Shown in pieces: positions 26,101 to 39,040 of a DNA stretch of 64,000 nt. A program made the position numbers and the translations under genes. Position 1 is the stretch's first letter; each line of letters begins with the position of its first letter. The notes below the pieces were generated by a model, which made no database searches, had not been told where the DNA came from, and saw only the letters and a list, made by a program, of their open reading frames with translations. The stretch covers positions 15,609 to 79,608 of the forward strand of contig NMRA01000639.1 in the NCBI GenBank assembly GCA_002633005.1, written 5' to 3'. This stretch comes from Phoronis australis (taxonomy: Eukaryota > Animalia > Phoronida).

Positions 26101-26809
26101 TCCCTGAATTACTCATGAAAAAAAATTCAAATAATAGTCTACCCAGAAACAAATTTCCATTTGATTTAATCTCAAGATGTGATACAATTTGGACGGGACT
26201 AATGAATTATCTCCCAGTCAGCCGCTGTTCACCACTTGTCCCAGAACGTGTCATCAACACGTGTCTTGTGGGAAATAGGCAAGCGATGTTTTTCATGACA
26301 CGAACAATACTTGACACATGCGTTAATTAACAACTACCTTTCATGATGAACCTGAATTACATATTCTCTATCACACTAGCTCTGCACGCTGTTACTTAGG
26401 CAACTAACGACTTCCACGAACTCGATCAGTCAATACCTGACAGGCACGAAGATGAAATTTTGTCACGTTTTTCACATCAAATGATGTAACTATTATACCC
26501 CGTGTGAAATGGTATCAATTTAATGATGGTGACGAGGTTATCTTGGCCATCACTGTAATGAAATGACGTGCCAGGTAGAACTGACATTGCCAGTTAAGCG
26601 TCTCGAGACATCGTGCCTTCGGGTCTAAACATAAGTTATGAAAGTGTAGTATACAAACACCGAAATTGTGCCGAAGGTCACAAATGTCTGTAAACTGATT
26701 TCAGAATTGTGCAAATTGTAATAACACACGTGTAGAACTGTTGCCTGATAGTTGTAATCATTCTATTGTATGACTGCGGATGTGGGAACTGGGACTGAAA
26801 AAAACTTAC

Positions 26810-26905
26810 CTCGGCAGTTTTGCGCGCTGTTCGTGATTTTAAGTTGACGATCATTACGGTGACGAGAATCACTGCTAGAGCTATTTTGATCAAAATCGTT
26901 GCCAT
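26810..26905 (-). CDS. ISM1: Isthmin-like protein, exon 1 (signal peptide or signal anchor)
   Basis: MATILIKIALAVILVTVMIVNLKSRTARKTAE followed by the consensus donor GAG|gtaagt, phase 0 matching the acceptor at 13249. In-frame upstream ATGs at 26929 and 27016. The link across the 13.6-kb intron is inferred. Confidence 0.75.
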
Positions 26906-27399
26906 CAAGCGGCCATTTCGTCGGTCCATGCGTGGGTCTGCCTCGCGAGCGCGAGCTTCAGTCTGCCCACAGCCCCCCGCCACCAGACGATACGAAGAAA
27001 GTCCGGGAGCAATCATGCATCCTCCGATGTTTGAGCGCCCGAGCACACGGGAACTCAAATGGACTAACCGGATTCCTTTTTCAGTCCGTCACTCCAACTT
27101 TCCAACTTCTTCACTCCATTTATTTGAATTGATGCATTTCACTCTTCTTCGTCAAAATGATTTACTGAGTCCTGGTAGAGAAGACGCCGTTTCGTTTTAT
27201 TCGCGACGTGCTGCACCCAACGTTTATCGTCAACTGATGGTCCTCCGTTGGTTCCAACGAATCTATAGTTCTCCAGTTCACGTAGTACTGTCGCCTCTAA
27301 TCGATGTTTATGTTTTTTCCGCGTGTAAAATCCGCGCGTTGAGCCAACACAATCAGCCGACTTGTTGTCAATGTAAACTTTGCACGACGTAGATAAATA

Positions 27400-27610
27400 G
27401 AGAGGCGTAATATCACCATTGAAGCCGTCAACGAAGACTGCACGTGCGCTTTTGGGATTCCTCGTTTCTCGAACGAACTCGGCGCTCTGGCAAAATAGTA
27501 TCCGTGAATATCTGAAAACCCCCAGATATACGATACGTTGTCCTCGCATCGACCAATCGCCGCCGGCGATACTTTTCTAAATAGCCGTGGTTGGAGAGAA
27601 CATTGGACGA
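27400..27610 (-). promoter_or_regulatory. Candidate isthmin promoter region
   Basis: CpG-enriched stretch upstream of exon 1 with CCAAT (gaccaatc ~27551) and ATTGG (~27602) boxes. Positional inference only. Confidence 0.25.
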
Positions 27611-30600
27611 ACTTCCTTGCTTACTTTTTGAGGTTATATGTTTGTATACACACGTGTTATCGGAGTTGGAAATTAGTGAATAACGGTTATGCCGACAGAG
27701 GATGTTAATTCACTCATTTTCATACTCGACAATTCATTGATATGTTGACCGCCAATGTTGCACCGAACAAAACAACATTTAGTGAACAATTGGCAGGACT
27801 ATTACCACTAAACGCTTGTGAAAGTGTTAAGAATGCTCCTTTTCACGTGAATGTTATTTTTTCTTCTCTGCGTCACACGCTCTAGTGGTACCTCTAGTTA
27901 CGGTGTCCACCTGTTACTCTACCTTACGGAATTATTACAATATCGCATTTTATTACGTATGGCCATCATTTGAATAAACCAGAAAATAAAATTAAACAAA
28001 CGGAGATAAATAAGGGACGACTATATGTACATGATGGGGGTATATGTTCGCGTCTTTCCAAGGCTGCCCGGTGTATCAGTTGCTCAGCGAGTTACTCACG
28101 TTGGTTTCCATGCACAATACGACAGCTGTGAGCGTTGACATCTCGGGGAAACTGGCTCTTGAAAGTGACACGATAAATAACACGAAACACTCGAATATAC
28201 GAATGACTATGAAATATGTTAGTTTAATATCGCTAGTGTGCCAATCACTTCGCGTGTGAACGTCGGCAGTCGACTTCTTGAATACGCAGTTCCACGTCTA
28301 AAATTCTATGACTTGCATAATGCCCAGATAAATCGCGAGGTAGGGGGAAAGCTTATTAATACAAATAATAACTCTGACGCGCAGCTGATTCTCGGCTTAC
28401 CAGCGCTACCCTGGCGTCATTAAACGTCCTTATACATACTTAAGTAGGGATCACCCGCCGGAACACAACATGTCAAAAAATATACTACTTAGTACTGGCG
28501 GCAGTTAATCGACTTTCAGACATTGTCCGGCCGGCAATTATACCGTGTTTTATTTACCTGTAAGCGCCGCTGAGTACCATAGTTGATTCAGCTTCAGGCC
28601 CCGTGAAATACGTGTGTGTTTGAGAGTATATTTACATACACATATAAAGCTTTCCGAAAAAATGCCCTAACGTTGACAGTCAGCATTCGACGAGAAGTAT
28701 AGGCTACTTACAATTTTTACAGGACTGGTTTTGAATCAAACATTGTTGTGTTTTGATAATATATCACATTCTCATCTTCTGACATGACGAAGAACTAAAA
28801 ATGATTGTTAAAGATTTCTTAAAAGTTTTGGCAAGTGATAAACGTTTCTATGAAGTTATGCTACTCGTGTAGAGCAGAGAGTACATTTTTCTTGGACACA
28901 TTTTGTTTTTCTGTTGTTTAGTTGTATAAGTATGGAGAAAATGGTGTGCCAAAAAGAAGATGTGTAATTTCGTCACTAATATAATTTATATAATTTGTAG
29001 CATGGAATGGATTGATTTGGTATAATTGTTTTTTGAGATATTGTAAAATATGGTTTAGTTTTATCACTTTAGGCTGGAGCGTTATTGGACAGAGGTTCGC
29101 CTCACGTGGATATATTTTTAAATTTTCTTTTCTTTTAAAATGTCAACTTGTAAATTCAGAAAATAATTTTCACCTGTCTATCGGTTTTTGTACTGACCTG
29201 GTAAAAATTTATAATACCTTAACACATGATTGGATATTGTTTGTTCTCCTTCATGCTAACCTCACTGCTTTGAGGTTGGTAAAATATATTAATTTTCCGT
29301 TTTTTATTTTCGAGCATGTTCATTTTTGTTGTGTCGTACTTTCAACCGATGTTTGTCAGATGTAAAATAAAATATTGTTAATGCACACACATATTTTACG
29401 GTCGGTCACGGGTGGGAAATTCAATTTTAATGCGAAGTCAAATGCTGGAGTCATGTAAGCCTGGAGGAAAATATCAAGTGACTTTTCTTTGGAAACAGAG
29501 TCAAAAACACTCTTTCCTTTGTTTTCACAAGTTTGGAACATAAAATCGAAAACTGTTGTTAAAATAAAAATGAAAACATTTCGTAAACATGAGCCCTGTA
29601 TGCATTTGCGTTGTTTAGTCATCAATTTTTTAGGGTCATAAAAAGTGAAATTGGGTGATCTTTATGACTGGGGAGGTCAAATTTTTGGTGCCCCATTAGA
29701 AACGACTTAAAATATTAACCAAAATAATTCTCTACCAAGTTATGCTTATTTGAAGAATATTAATGTGATTTTAAAAGAAAATTAATTTGGATTAGTTTCA
29801 CTGATCAAATTGAATCTTCACAAAAAGCGGAAAAAGATGCTAATGGAGGACATTATATAAATTATTATTAATATTATTAATTAATTAGATACTCAACATT
29901 TCGAAAATACAGCCAAATCCTAATGTTAGTAATGCGTCGTTAATCAATTTTATTTATACTACTTCTGCCGGGCTATCTCTAAGTAGTTGAAGAAATTTAG
30001 TCATGCTGTAGTTGACACTTCAATGCACCGCAGTTGTGACCTTTTTATGGATCATAGCGAGAGACGTCACTGTACAGCAAGGATTGTGGACAAGCGGTCA
30101 TTTCGAGTTACACATCAACTAGTGTAAATATATGATCTGCAGAGATCATTTCATTTTAATAGTATTTCAATGAGCGTAAATTTCACTTTATCATAGATAC
30201 AAGTAAAAAGGCAGCTTTTATCCAAAATCAACCGTCTACCGCAGACCAATCACCCACTGCAATACGAGGCACTTATTCTGGATAAGAGGACTCTATCCCA
30301 CAAATCCATGCTCCGAGATGCGCACGCATCAGTTTTCTCTATCCGTAAAATAGTCAATGTCAATGTAACCATGCGATATTGACGATGTAACGATCTTGCC
30401 AGAGATCTTTGCAAAAATTTTCCACTGAAAAGATTGTTCCGTCGGTAGCTAGTGAAATCCAACCACAGTTTACACAGTTGCGAAATCTTGACGAGAGGAT
30501 TTGACACCGGTGTTATGTAACCCAGTTAGTATTATGAAAGTCACATAATTTTGTGAAATGAAAATGTAAGTGTATCGCATATTTAGCTGTCGCTGATTGA

Positions 30601-32979
30601 TGACGAGGTTAACAAGTTTGCTCAATCGCTGACAGGCTCCCGGGTTACGGCAGTTCTTGTAAACAATTTTAACCACTTGTTGGCGTTGTTAATGGCCAAA
30701 AGACTGGCCTTGTCAAACTAATTGTAACTGGCTGTTAGTGAAAATATGCAGTTATAATTTGACAAGTGAGAAAACAAGCAGTTGAAAACGCGCTGACACG
30801 TGTAACTTAGTTGGTTGTGGTTACGAAAGCGACGTCTATCGGTAAAATGAAACATTTGATATTTCAAAGTGTTTCAGGCATGCATTCGGCTATAAGTGTA
30901 ATTCGTTTATTTAAAACAAACTTACCTTATGAACAAAAACTTAATTGATTCTGGCTTGTATTAAATTTAATTGATGCGGTTTTGCGGCACTTTTTTTCTT
31001 CTCCGATTACAAAAATCCGCCTGTGGTAAGCATTGCAGGATTTTCTCAAACTAGTTTCTGTGGTTCTCTGCTCAGTCGCGACAGTGTCGAACGAAGGGAG
31101 AGAGGAGGGTCATATTTACGTGGATTGGCAGGTGAAAGGGAGCAATATTGCTTTCATTTGTATGTTTTTTATTTAAAGAAAGGTTCGAAAACTTGGCTAA
31201 AATCAGTGCGACCGTGGGTTATTTTTAATTGACTCAGGGAGAAGCGCTACAGGTTCCAAAATGAGTCTGGGTATAGACCAGAACAAGGTAGTTCTTTTGT
31301 TCTTTAAAAATAAACTGATAACAAAAGCATAACCTTGCGCAGGAAACACAAAAGCCTGCAGTTGTAAGGCAATTTCCAGTCTGTTTTTTTTTTGTTTGCA
31401 CCGTGTGAAGCTTAGAAGCTTCGTCTACTATGACTTTGAAAGCACGTTTACCTTTTTGCGAAACAGTTGAATAAAATTAATAAGAAAGATTTTTGAAATT
31501 GCATATGTGTGATGACGTATTTATGGAGTATTTACTGAACTCGTTAACACTTGATCGGCTGTGAAAATCGCTGGGTTTTGTCTCCTGGAGACATGATATT
31601 ACAAATCAACCACTATGAACAGATGTTTTAAGCTGCATGTCGTTCTGCTTAGCTGGTTAAATCACGAAAATCGAAAAGCTTTTGAAGTTTGACCCACCAC
31701 AAGACACTCTTAAGCGTTTTCTTAGTTATTGATTTCGATGTTCTTGTTGGTAACAAAAATAGAATCACACCAGTAGGATTTTATGAGACCGATTTTATGA
31801 GAGTACAATGCCTAATTCGTTTTTCATGTTTTAACCAGCTCAACAGTTAAACAAGGCGAAATGGGCCTTTAAATACTTCCATCAATTTGACCTATATACG
31901 CAACACCACTCCTTCCACCCCTATGATCGTTCGTGGAAACTTAAAATGAGTTTTGATGCAGTCAGATTTCAAGGAGTGTACACGGCGGCAGGTTTGAATG
32001 ATGCTTTGTTGATTTGCCGTATATAAACACTCTGCGGCCCACACATTTTACCGGTTACCATATGAATTATACTTTACAAGGACAGTGTGTCATTTTGATC
32101 ATTAAATTAGCAGATTAGCCACTACAGGCCTTAGTGGCCATCCAGCCAGTACGCCACATTCAGCGCTGGGTACTTCCACAAGCCTCCGTAGTCCTCCGTC
32201 ACCCTCAAGAAGCCAACTCAGTGCCGGATACATCGGGGGAAGAAAGCCACCGCGTACACGTGCTCCGCCCAGTCTCCAAGCGGGCATTTGCCAAGTGGCG
32301 TTACGCACTCGCGCACTGGAATTAGTATCCCGACTGACTGGTAGGCCAGTCGGGATACAGCCGTGTCGTTATCAGTTTGACAGTGGCAAACCAATGTTTA
32401 CTTAGTCCAGCTCTCTTATTGTCTGCTTTCATCTGATAAGCTCATGTAATCCAGCAATTATGTTGTAAACAGCGCGCCTCACGCTAACCGATATTTAAAA
32501 ATACTATTTGCAAACGACTTTCAACAAATGTCGTGAAGTAGATCTGTTTTGTATGAAATACTTTCACCAAAAAAATTCGAATGGAGAAAAGCGATTGACT
32601 TTCGGAGAAATTAGACTTTTAAGTTAAAACTTTCACCTGTAGATTCCTTCATGTGACTGTAAGCTCTGACTAGCGACCCCTCCGCATGGAGACAACCGAA
32701 TTGTTGAAAACACAGTGCGAGTCGAGTGAACGTAATTAACAATAAAATGACACTGAAAAGTAAACTAAAAAATAATCCTAAGATTGACCACTTCGGCTTT
32801 TAAAAATGATGTTATCGTTGACTGTCTGATTGTGGGCGATTCAAACCAACAAGATGAATCGAAAAATGTGATTGAGAATATTTCAGATTAATATGCTCGT
32901 TATGCGGATGAATCAACGACTTAGAGACCATTATCTGATGATGCCAACAACGAAAGTAAAGATGAAGACCATAGACCAG

Positions 32980-33382
32980 GGCCCGGTCTCTAATCTTTGT
33001 ACTCGAAACGAACTCGAAATTATTTTTGGCAATTTCTTTGCTCCTTTTGTGCGAACTTAAGATAATTGGTTATCAGACTGTGCTCGAATACATTATAGTT
33101 TATGCATAGGAGTTTATAGTTCAAGTTTGCCCTTGAAGACCCTTATATTCGTGCTACAAACTCGAGTAAAAACTCGAAATTTCGAGTTCAAACTCGAACT
33201 TATTGCTTTAATATTGGGTTTACAAACTGTGAACTAAGGGCAATAAATTATCTACGTAAGTTATTGTGTACTCGAGCATAGAATAATAGACACTTATCTT
33301 GAGTTCGCCCAAAAGTAAGAGTACAAAATGCCAAACCTAATTTCGAGTTCCATAATCGAGTACAAAGATTGGAGACCGGGCC
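32980..33382. mobile_element. PIF/Harbinger-type MITE, 403 bp
   Basis: CAG|GGCCCGGTCTCTAATCTTTGTACTCGA ... TCGAGTACAAAGATTGGAGACCGGGCC|CAG: 27-bp TIR with 1 mismatch and 3-bp TSD CAG. Internal actcga repeats. Confidence 0.85.
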
Positions 33383-34069
33383 CAGATTGATACGGACAGT
33401 CTCGGAAACATTATTGACTTCTTGTGATGCTGTAGACCACGTGGCAAATTTCCAGCTCATTTTTGGAACATTTTGAGTCAAATAATGACTGCAATACCAC
33501 TGGAAACATCAGTAGTTTTACTTGACCTCCGTTACAGTACGATTAGCAGTTTAACTTGAATAAAATGGTCCTACAATTTAAAAAATGAACAAAACAGGGA
33601 TATAGTGACAGTCGATTCCCTCACATCCTACCTGAAGGAACGGAGCGTCACGTGGGGTTCTGTTGGTCTCTATGTGACTCCTTCACGACAATTTGCTATA
33701 AAGTTGAGTTATTTTAATTGTTCCGGTGACATCAAGCTGGTTTAATGGATAATCATCGCCTCCGGGAGGTACTAAAACTCTACGGTGAATAAAACTGGCA
33801 GTAAGAAATCATATGTTGGTCGTTCAATAATTTTTTGTCACTTTGTCACAATAGCCGAAGGTTGGCGAAGGGCCCGGGGGAAAGAAATGACAAGAAGTCA
33901 GATGGACCATATGTGGCGGTTGCGCGGCTATTGAGTCATTCCTTTTCCCACATAGATGCAATGTATTGTTCATTAGCCAACGTTCCAGCCAACTGTGGGC
34001 TTAGTGGTTGAAAATCAGGTAAAAATGAGGTTGAACCTGAATCGCTTTTTCGTCGCACTGCCGCATTTA

Positions 34070-34793
34070 TGTACCGGAAGTTCTGCGCAACAGGCTGCCT
34101 CGGTTTGGGTTAATTGTTAAGGATTGGGTGGAGGGCTCAAATGCAACGACCACTTGATGGTCATTGACAGATCAAGAACCGAAAATATTCAATGATTACT
34201 GTTTGGAAACAATGCTGCGTTATTTTTTTCAAATGACAGATTTTTGCCTGGCCATCAGATTTCTTAGAACACGAATCCCGACACAATCGCATTCTATTAT
34301 TATCGCCTGCGTATTCTTAATTTAAAATTGTGAGCAAATTTGTACACAAAAAGATGTGTAATTTCAAATTTCTGGCATTTACTGGAAGTATGATAAGGTA
34401 TAGGCCTGTAATGTTATATACAGCAAAGCTGCGCTCCAAACAAGTGATGGCGTGCCGAGGGTCCCCAAGGTGTAAACCCGATTATCATGACTGGTTTTTC
34501 AACATTATGAAATATTAAGTTTTCTCATCTTCCAAAGCTCCATAAAACGTTATTATGACCAGGGATAGAAACGGGTCACTGTTACAGAACGGACACAAGT
34601 AAACCTCGTTCATCAAGCACCGAAAAGCCTTATCTTTTATTCTATAGATGTCGCTACCTAACCGGAAAAAGCCAGAAACTGAAACGGAAAAGCTCGGTGG
34701 CAAGAACAACAATCAACGCAGTCACAGCTGTTGAGTGCACTGAGCGCTGAAGAGGTAGCTTGAAATGTATGGCTCCTGGCTCAAAGTTTGTCG
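34070..34793 (+). promoter_or_regulatory. Candidate promoter and non-coding first exon of the plus-strand gene
   Basis: ETS-type CCGGAAGT at 34074-34081, CpG-richer context and donor-like TCG|gtatgt at 34794. The 41059 exon has an acceptor and so needs an upstream exon. Confidence 0.25.
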
Positions 34794-35282
34794 GTATGTG
34801 ATACTGCATTTAAATCAACGTGCACTGTATTATTCGGTATCTGTTAGTCATTCCAAACGATGGAATCTGCTTGACGGGAGCCGAGGCCGAGGCAGTGACG
34901 GCGAGGACCCGCATGTGATCAATTGTCGATTGTGCTGAATTAAAATTAAAACTAAAAAGTCGGGATCATTCAACCACGTTAGCTTTGTGGTGAATCTGTA
35001 GTGAGCGTAGTAATATATCGTAAAGGCGGCTCTTAATCACTTGCCTGCGGGTAACGGCTCTTTGTTCGACTGGTTTGGAGTGACCTGGTACGTGCGGCCT
35101 GACATTGAAGCAAAGAGGTAACGCTGTGTTGTTATTTAATACACACAAACCAACATTCACAACAGCTGGTAACGGGTTCGAATCTTGGAACAAGGTGATT
35201 TTATGCTACATTGGCACCAAATGTGGTGACACTCACGCGTAATATGCATACTATGTATATAAATTTATCTTACAATTAATAA

Positions 35283-35547
35283 CATGGGTGGCGCAGCACT
35301 GAAAAAAGTAGGGGGCTAAAGCCCCATCGGTACTGGTTGGATATAGCAGTCCCTGATTTAAAGAACCAGTTAATCCACTAAATAACGGGCCCATTCTTCA
35401 ATGATTGCCTGGTTCTGTAGATCAGGGATCCGACCAGTGCCAGCCCCCTCAGCCCCCCTGTCCACTGCCTGTAGACCACGGACGGCGTAGCACTGAAAAA
35501 GTGGGGGGGGATACAACCCCCCAGCCCGATATGGTGCGCCACCCATG
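35283..35547. mobile_element. MITE with 13-bp perfect TIR (shorter relative at 53193-53261)
   Basis: AATAA|CATGGGTGGCGCA ... TGCGCCACCCATG|AATAA. It contains a second internal copy of the gcactgaaaaagtggggg end. Confidence 0.8.
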
Positions 35548-35615
35548 AATAATAATTATATGGACTGTGACTTGGTCACATCTAACTAACTCCAAATGCC
35601 TGACACCAACATGAT

Positions 35616-35784
35616 GAGACAGTGTAGCTCAGTGGTTTAAGCTCTGGACTCTCATTTGGGAAACCCAGGTTCGAATCCTGGCTTTACTGGCATACAAACT
35701 AGCATTGCACAAAAATGTCTCCTACTCTGTTGAGCTCGGTCTTACTGGTAAGTGAATGAATGTATGCAAGGGAATGAATGCGAT
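35616..35784 (+). mobile_element. tRNA-derived SINE
   Basis: A box TAGCTCAGTGG and B box GGTTCGAATCC, no acceptor-stem pairing, and a 3' body shared with 6911-7070. Confidence 0.75.
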
Positions 35785-36522
35785 AACCACTTCGGAATAC
35801 TCAACTTCGAGTGTGAAAGGTAAAGAAGAGAAAGAAAGAAACATGACAAAGGTTTCCTCAACAGAAAGAAATGGCCTACAAGTGGTTGGTGGGCATGACT
35901 ATTCCATTAGCATTTGGAACCCCCACGCTGCTTTAACTTGTAATAGAAACTTGAAATGTTCCAGCAGACCAGCACGGTGAAGAAAATTTCTCAGGATTTG
36001 AACCCAGGTTACACGTGTAAGAGCCGAGCGTCTAAACTGTTCAGCCAAGTTGCCACTTGGCAAGTGATTTAGAGAGGGTTTATAATCTGGCTGTAATGTA
36101 TATCACACCTGGAAATCACATGTCACTACAATGGTAGTGTACAAGTCAAGCATAGGTACAGATATGTGGTGGCACATTCTAATCCATCTTGCACGCGGTA
36201 ATATTTTCTGCAAATTACACCGTGGCTAAACTATGAAAGTCAAATTACTATATGTGTACCTTTCGAGTGTAGATGGACATTTTTGGAGAAAGTTGGAGTC
36301 TTTAACTGACCTTCCAGCTTGAACAAAATACTCTACCAACCTATATTTTTTCCAAACTGTCCTGAAATTGAAGACTGAATTTCATTGCAGTCAATGTGCT
36401 CGAGGTCAAACGGAATCATGCAAAAAGTTATGTGGCTGCCAGACTTGCCAAGAGGAGGCAGCACAGATGGGGGGGACCTGTCTGAGGTACAAACATCTAG
36501 TGTGTCATCTATGATCAATTAT

Positions 36523-36813
36523 CTAGAACAGCTTATTATTTAAAATGACTTATTCTTATTAAAATGACATAGGCAAAAAATTGAATTTTGGGCCTCAAAA
36601 GCGAGGCCTTCTATATTAATATAGGAGGCCTCGCTGAAAGGCAGCCAGAGTGCGGGGCTCACTATATTAATATTGGCGGCCCCGCTCTCCGGCCACCTTT
36701 CGGCGGGGCCCTCTATATTAATTTTGAGCGCCCCGCTTTTGATACCCGAAATTCAATTTTTGCCGATGTCATTTTAATAAAAATAAGTCATTTTAAATAA
36801 TAAGCTGTTATAG
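36523..36813. mobile_element. Foldback/palindromic element with three internal 34-bp hairpins
   Basis: ~75-bp outer arms (aacagcttattattttaaaatgacttatt... / ...aataagtcattttaaataataagctgtt) enclose GCG(A/G)GGC..ctatattaat..GCC(T/C)CGC units at 36601, 36652 and 36703. Confidence 0.85.
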
Positions 36814-38941
36814 GTTAAGCGGATGAACAGCATACACCCTCTATTGTACATAATAGTTAACGGGTAGTGGTAGTCGACCCATCCCACTATCTTACTCGTT
36901 TATGGCATAGTACACGCTATTTAAGACACCTTAAATCACAAAGCGTATTGCATCCCTCATAGTTGACGTAATATTCACTTGCNTATAGTGTTTTCGTGCC
37001 ACCATTAGACAGTAGAATAATTCAAGAAAAGAGTGGTCACAGCACCATCTGTTGAGAGCTCCATGAACAGATGCCTCAATGCCTGATTTCATATGAAGGC
37101 TGCTTAAATCCTGACTCTTGTAATTGAATGACAGTGTCTTCAACAAGTTGAAATTTGAAGTATCGGGTGATGAAGAATAAGAAGAAGGCTCTAAAATTGG
37201 GAGAATATCTCCTGTTCAATTGGAAGAGAAATTGTCACTTGATTTCTGTCTATTAGGAAAATAAATTGCACAATTTCTTGAGGAGAAAAGTATTCAATCT
37301 GGAAACTTCATGTTTAGGATCTCATTGAATAAGTAAGAAAATTTACGTTCCAGAATTAACCATCTTAACTGAAAATTGACTTTGGCAGTTCTCTTTAACT
37401 ACCTATTCTCAGCTCTTGCTAACATGGCAACCTGCCCTTTTCACCAAATGAAAAGATAATTCCATTTCCTTGAAAAATAGTAGAAATTTATTTATCATCT
37501 CATTTGAATTGCAACAAAGTTTCAGGACATATGATGCACGTTCAGCAGCTTGCCTTACTTTGTCGTCTGCTTTGCGTGGTGATTTTGAAAGTCTGCTGGT
37601 TCAAATTTCCCCGACACTCTGTCCCAATAGTAAATCGATTGAGCTTTCCCATTACAGGATGACTACCTCTCCGCCTTTGCCATACGCATGTGATGTATTG
37701 TCTATAGGGATAACAATATTATTATCAAGCATGTGAAATTATCCTGATTTGAGAACCTACTTCTGCTGTTGTTGATACACAGAGTAGCTGCATGTTAAAT
37801 ATACATCGTTTAGTCCTTCAGGGTGAAAAATGAGAAAAATAAAATCAGAGAAAAAATTCAGTTTACGCTATATGGCCATGATGCAACCTTATGGTCTTCA
37901 GGGGTTATAAATTGAACAAGGTATTATCACCATCAAAAGAAATGGAATAATGAAAACAAAACGATTCATTGGGAAAGTCCTATATTAACACCATCAGCTT
38001 TGTGAATAGCATGAAATTGAATGTCATCTGAGTACAAGGACTTGCAGTTTGCTGCAGAATTTCGATCATCCCAAGTAGGTTTGCTAGCTACTTAGGATGG
38101 TCTGTTAGGATAAATTGCGTTATGAATAGCATTAAAAACTACTACATTCTTCCTAGGGTAAATCAATTTGACTATTGATGCTAAAACTGTTTCCTTCCTC
38201 GAGTAAATCAATGTATTGGTTATTGTTGCTAAAACTGTTTATTGTTATTGCACTATTCTGCTGCTAAATTTGTGGAGCAATCATATGTGTCTGTATGCTT
38301 TGGGCGCCATGAAATAGATTGTCACCTATTGGCCAAGTTAATTTTCACTGATTTTTCAATAAATTGTTCTCTTTCCTCAAATACTGTAAATTTGAAGAAA
38401 AATATCCTCTGTTGTAAATTTTTAGCAATTCTTGGGAGCTCCATCAGTTTTAAAACAACTCCACCTGGTGGTGAATGTGAATGTTACAACCCTCAACTTG
38501 TCACTTGCCAGGGGTAGAAGTCTCCAGAAACTTGAGTGTGTAGGTTTCAACAAAATTTCACGCGAAAAGATTTTTTTCAGACCTGGGGGTGAATGTTAAT
38601 TGAGTTACCGGGTATGTGGGTTTTGTGTTGAGGATATGAATGTGACCATTTTAACGAATTTCACGTTATGTATTAGGGTGCCACCAAATATGGCTGCAGA
38701 GAGTTGCACCTAGTCCTCGAGACTTATTAAAGATGAGTGACTTATGGAGTCAATCAGGGGTTCATCGCTCACATTTTATTGGCTGCAACTTCACTTTATT
38801 ATGTTCCTGCATGTGCGCTTCCTCAGGTACACACACAGGGGTGTCTAAGGGGATTTTTGCGCCATAGTTGCCGAATAGAGTACTATGTATGTGGTGTAAA
38901 CGCTCAGCTGAACAGAATCACATTGCTCTGGGGTGAGTTAC

Positions 38942-39040
38942 TTCTAAAGGGTAACTCGTAGTGTGCAGACGACTTAAGTGACACCTGTGAGTGTTCTAAA
39001 GGGTAACTCGTAGTGTGCAGATGACTTAAGTGACACCTGT
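38942..39040. repeat. 52-bp tandem duplication
   Basis: ttctaaagggtaactcgtagtgtgcaga(c/t)gacttaagtgacacctgt at 38942 and 38994. Confidence 0.9.

Noticed and set aside
26820-27392. 190-aa plus-strand ORF
   Set aside because: Antisense to isthmin exon 1 and its GC-rich leader, starts at TTG, and has no recognisable domain.
31261-31287. MSLGIDQNK|gtagtt as another first coding exon
   Set aside because: Weak donor and phase 0, so out of frame with the 41059 and 50568 exons; unsupported.
35616-35690. tRNA gene
   Set aside because: A and B boxes are present but there is no acceptor stem, and the 3' body is shared with 6911-7070, so it is a SINE.
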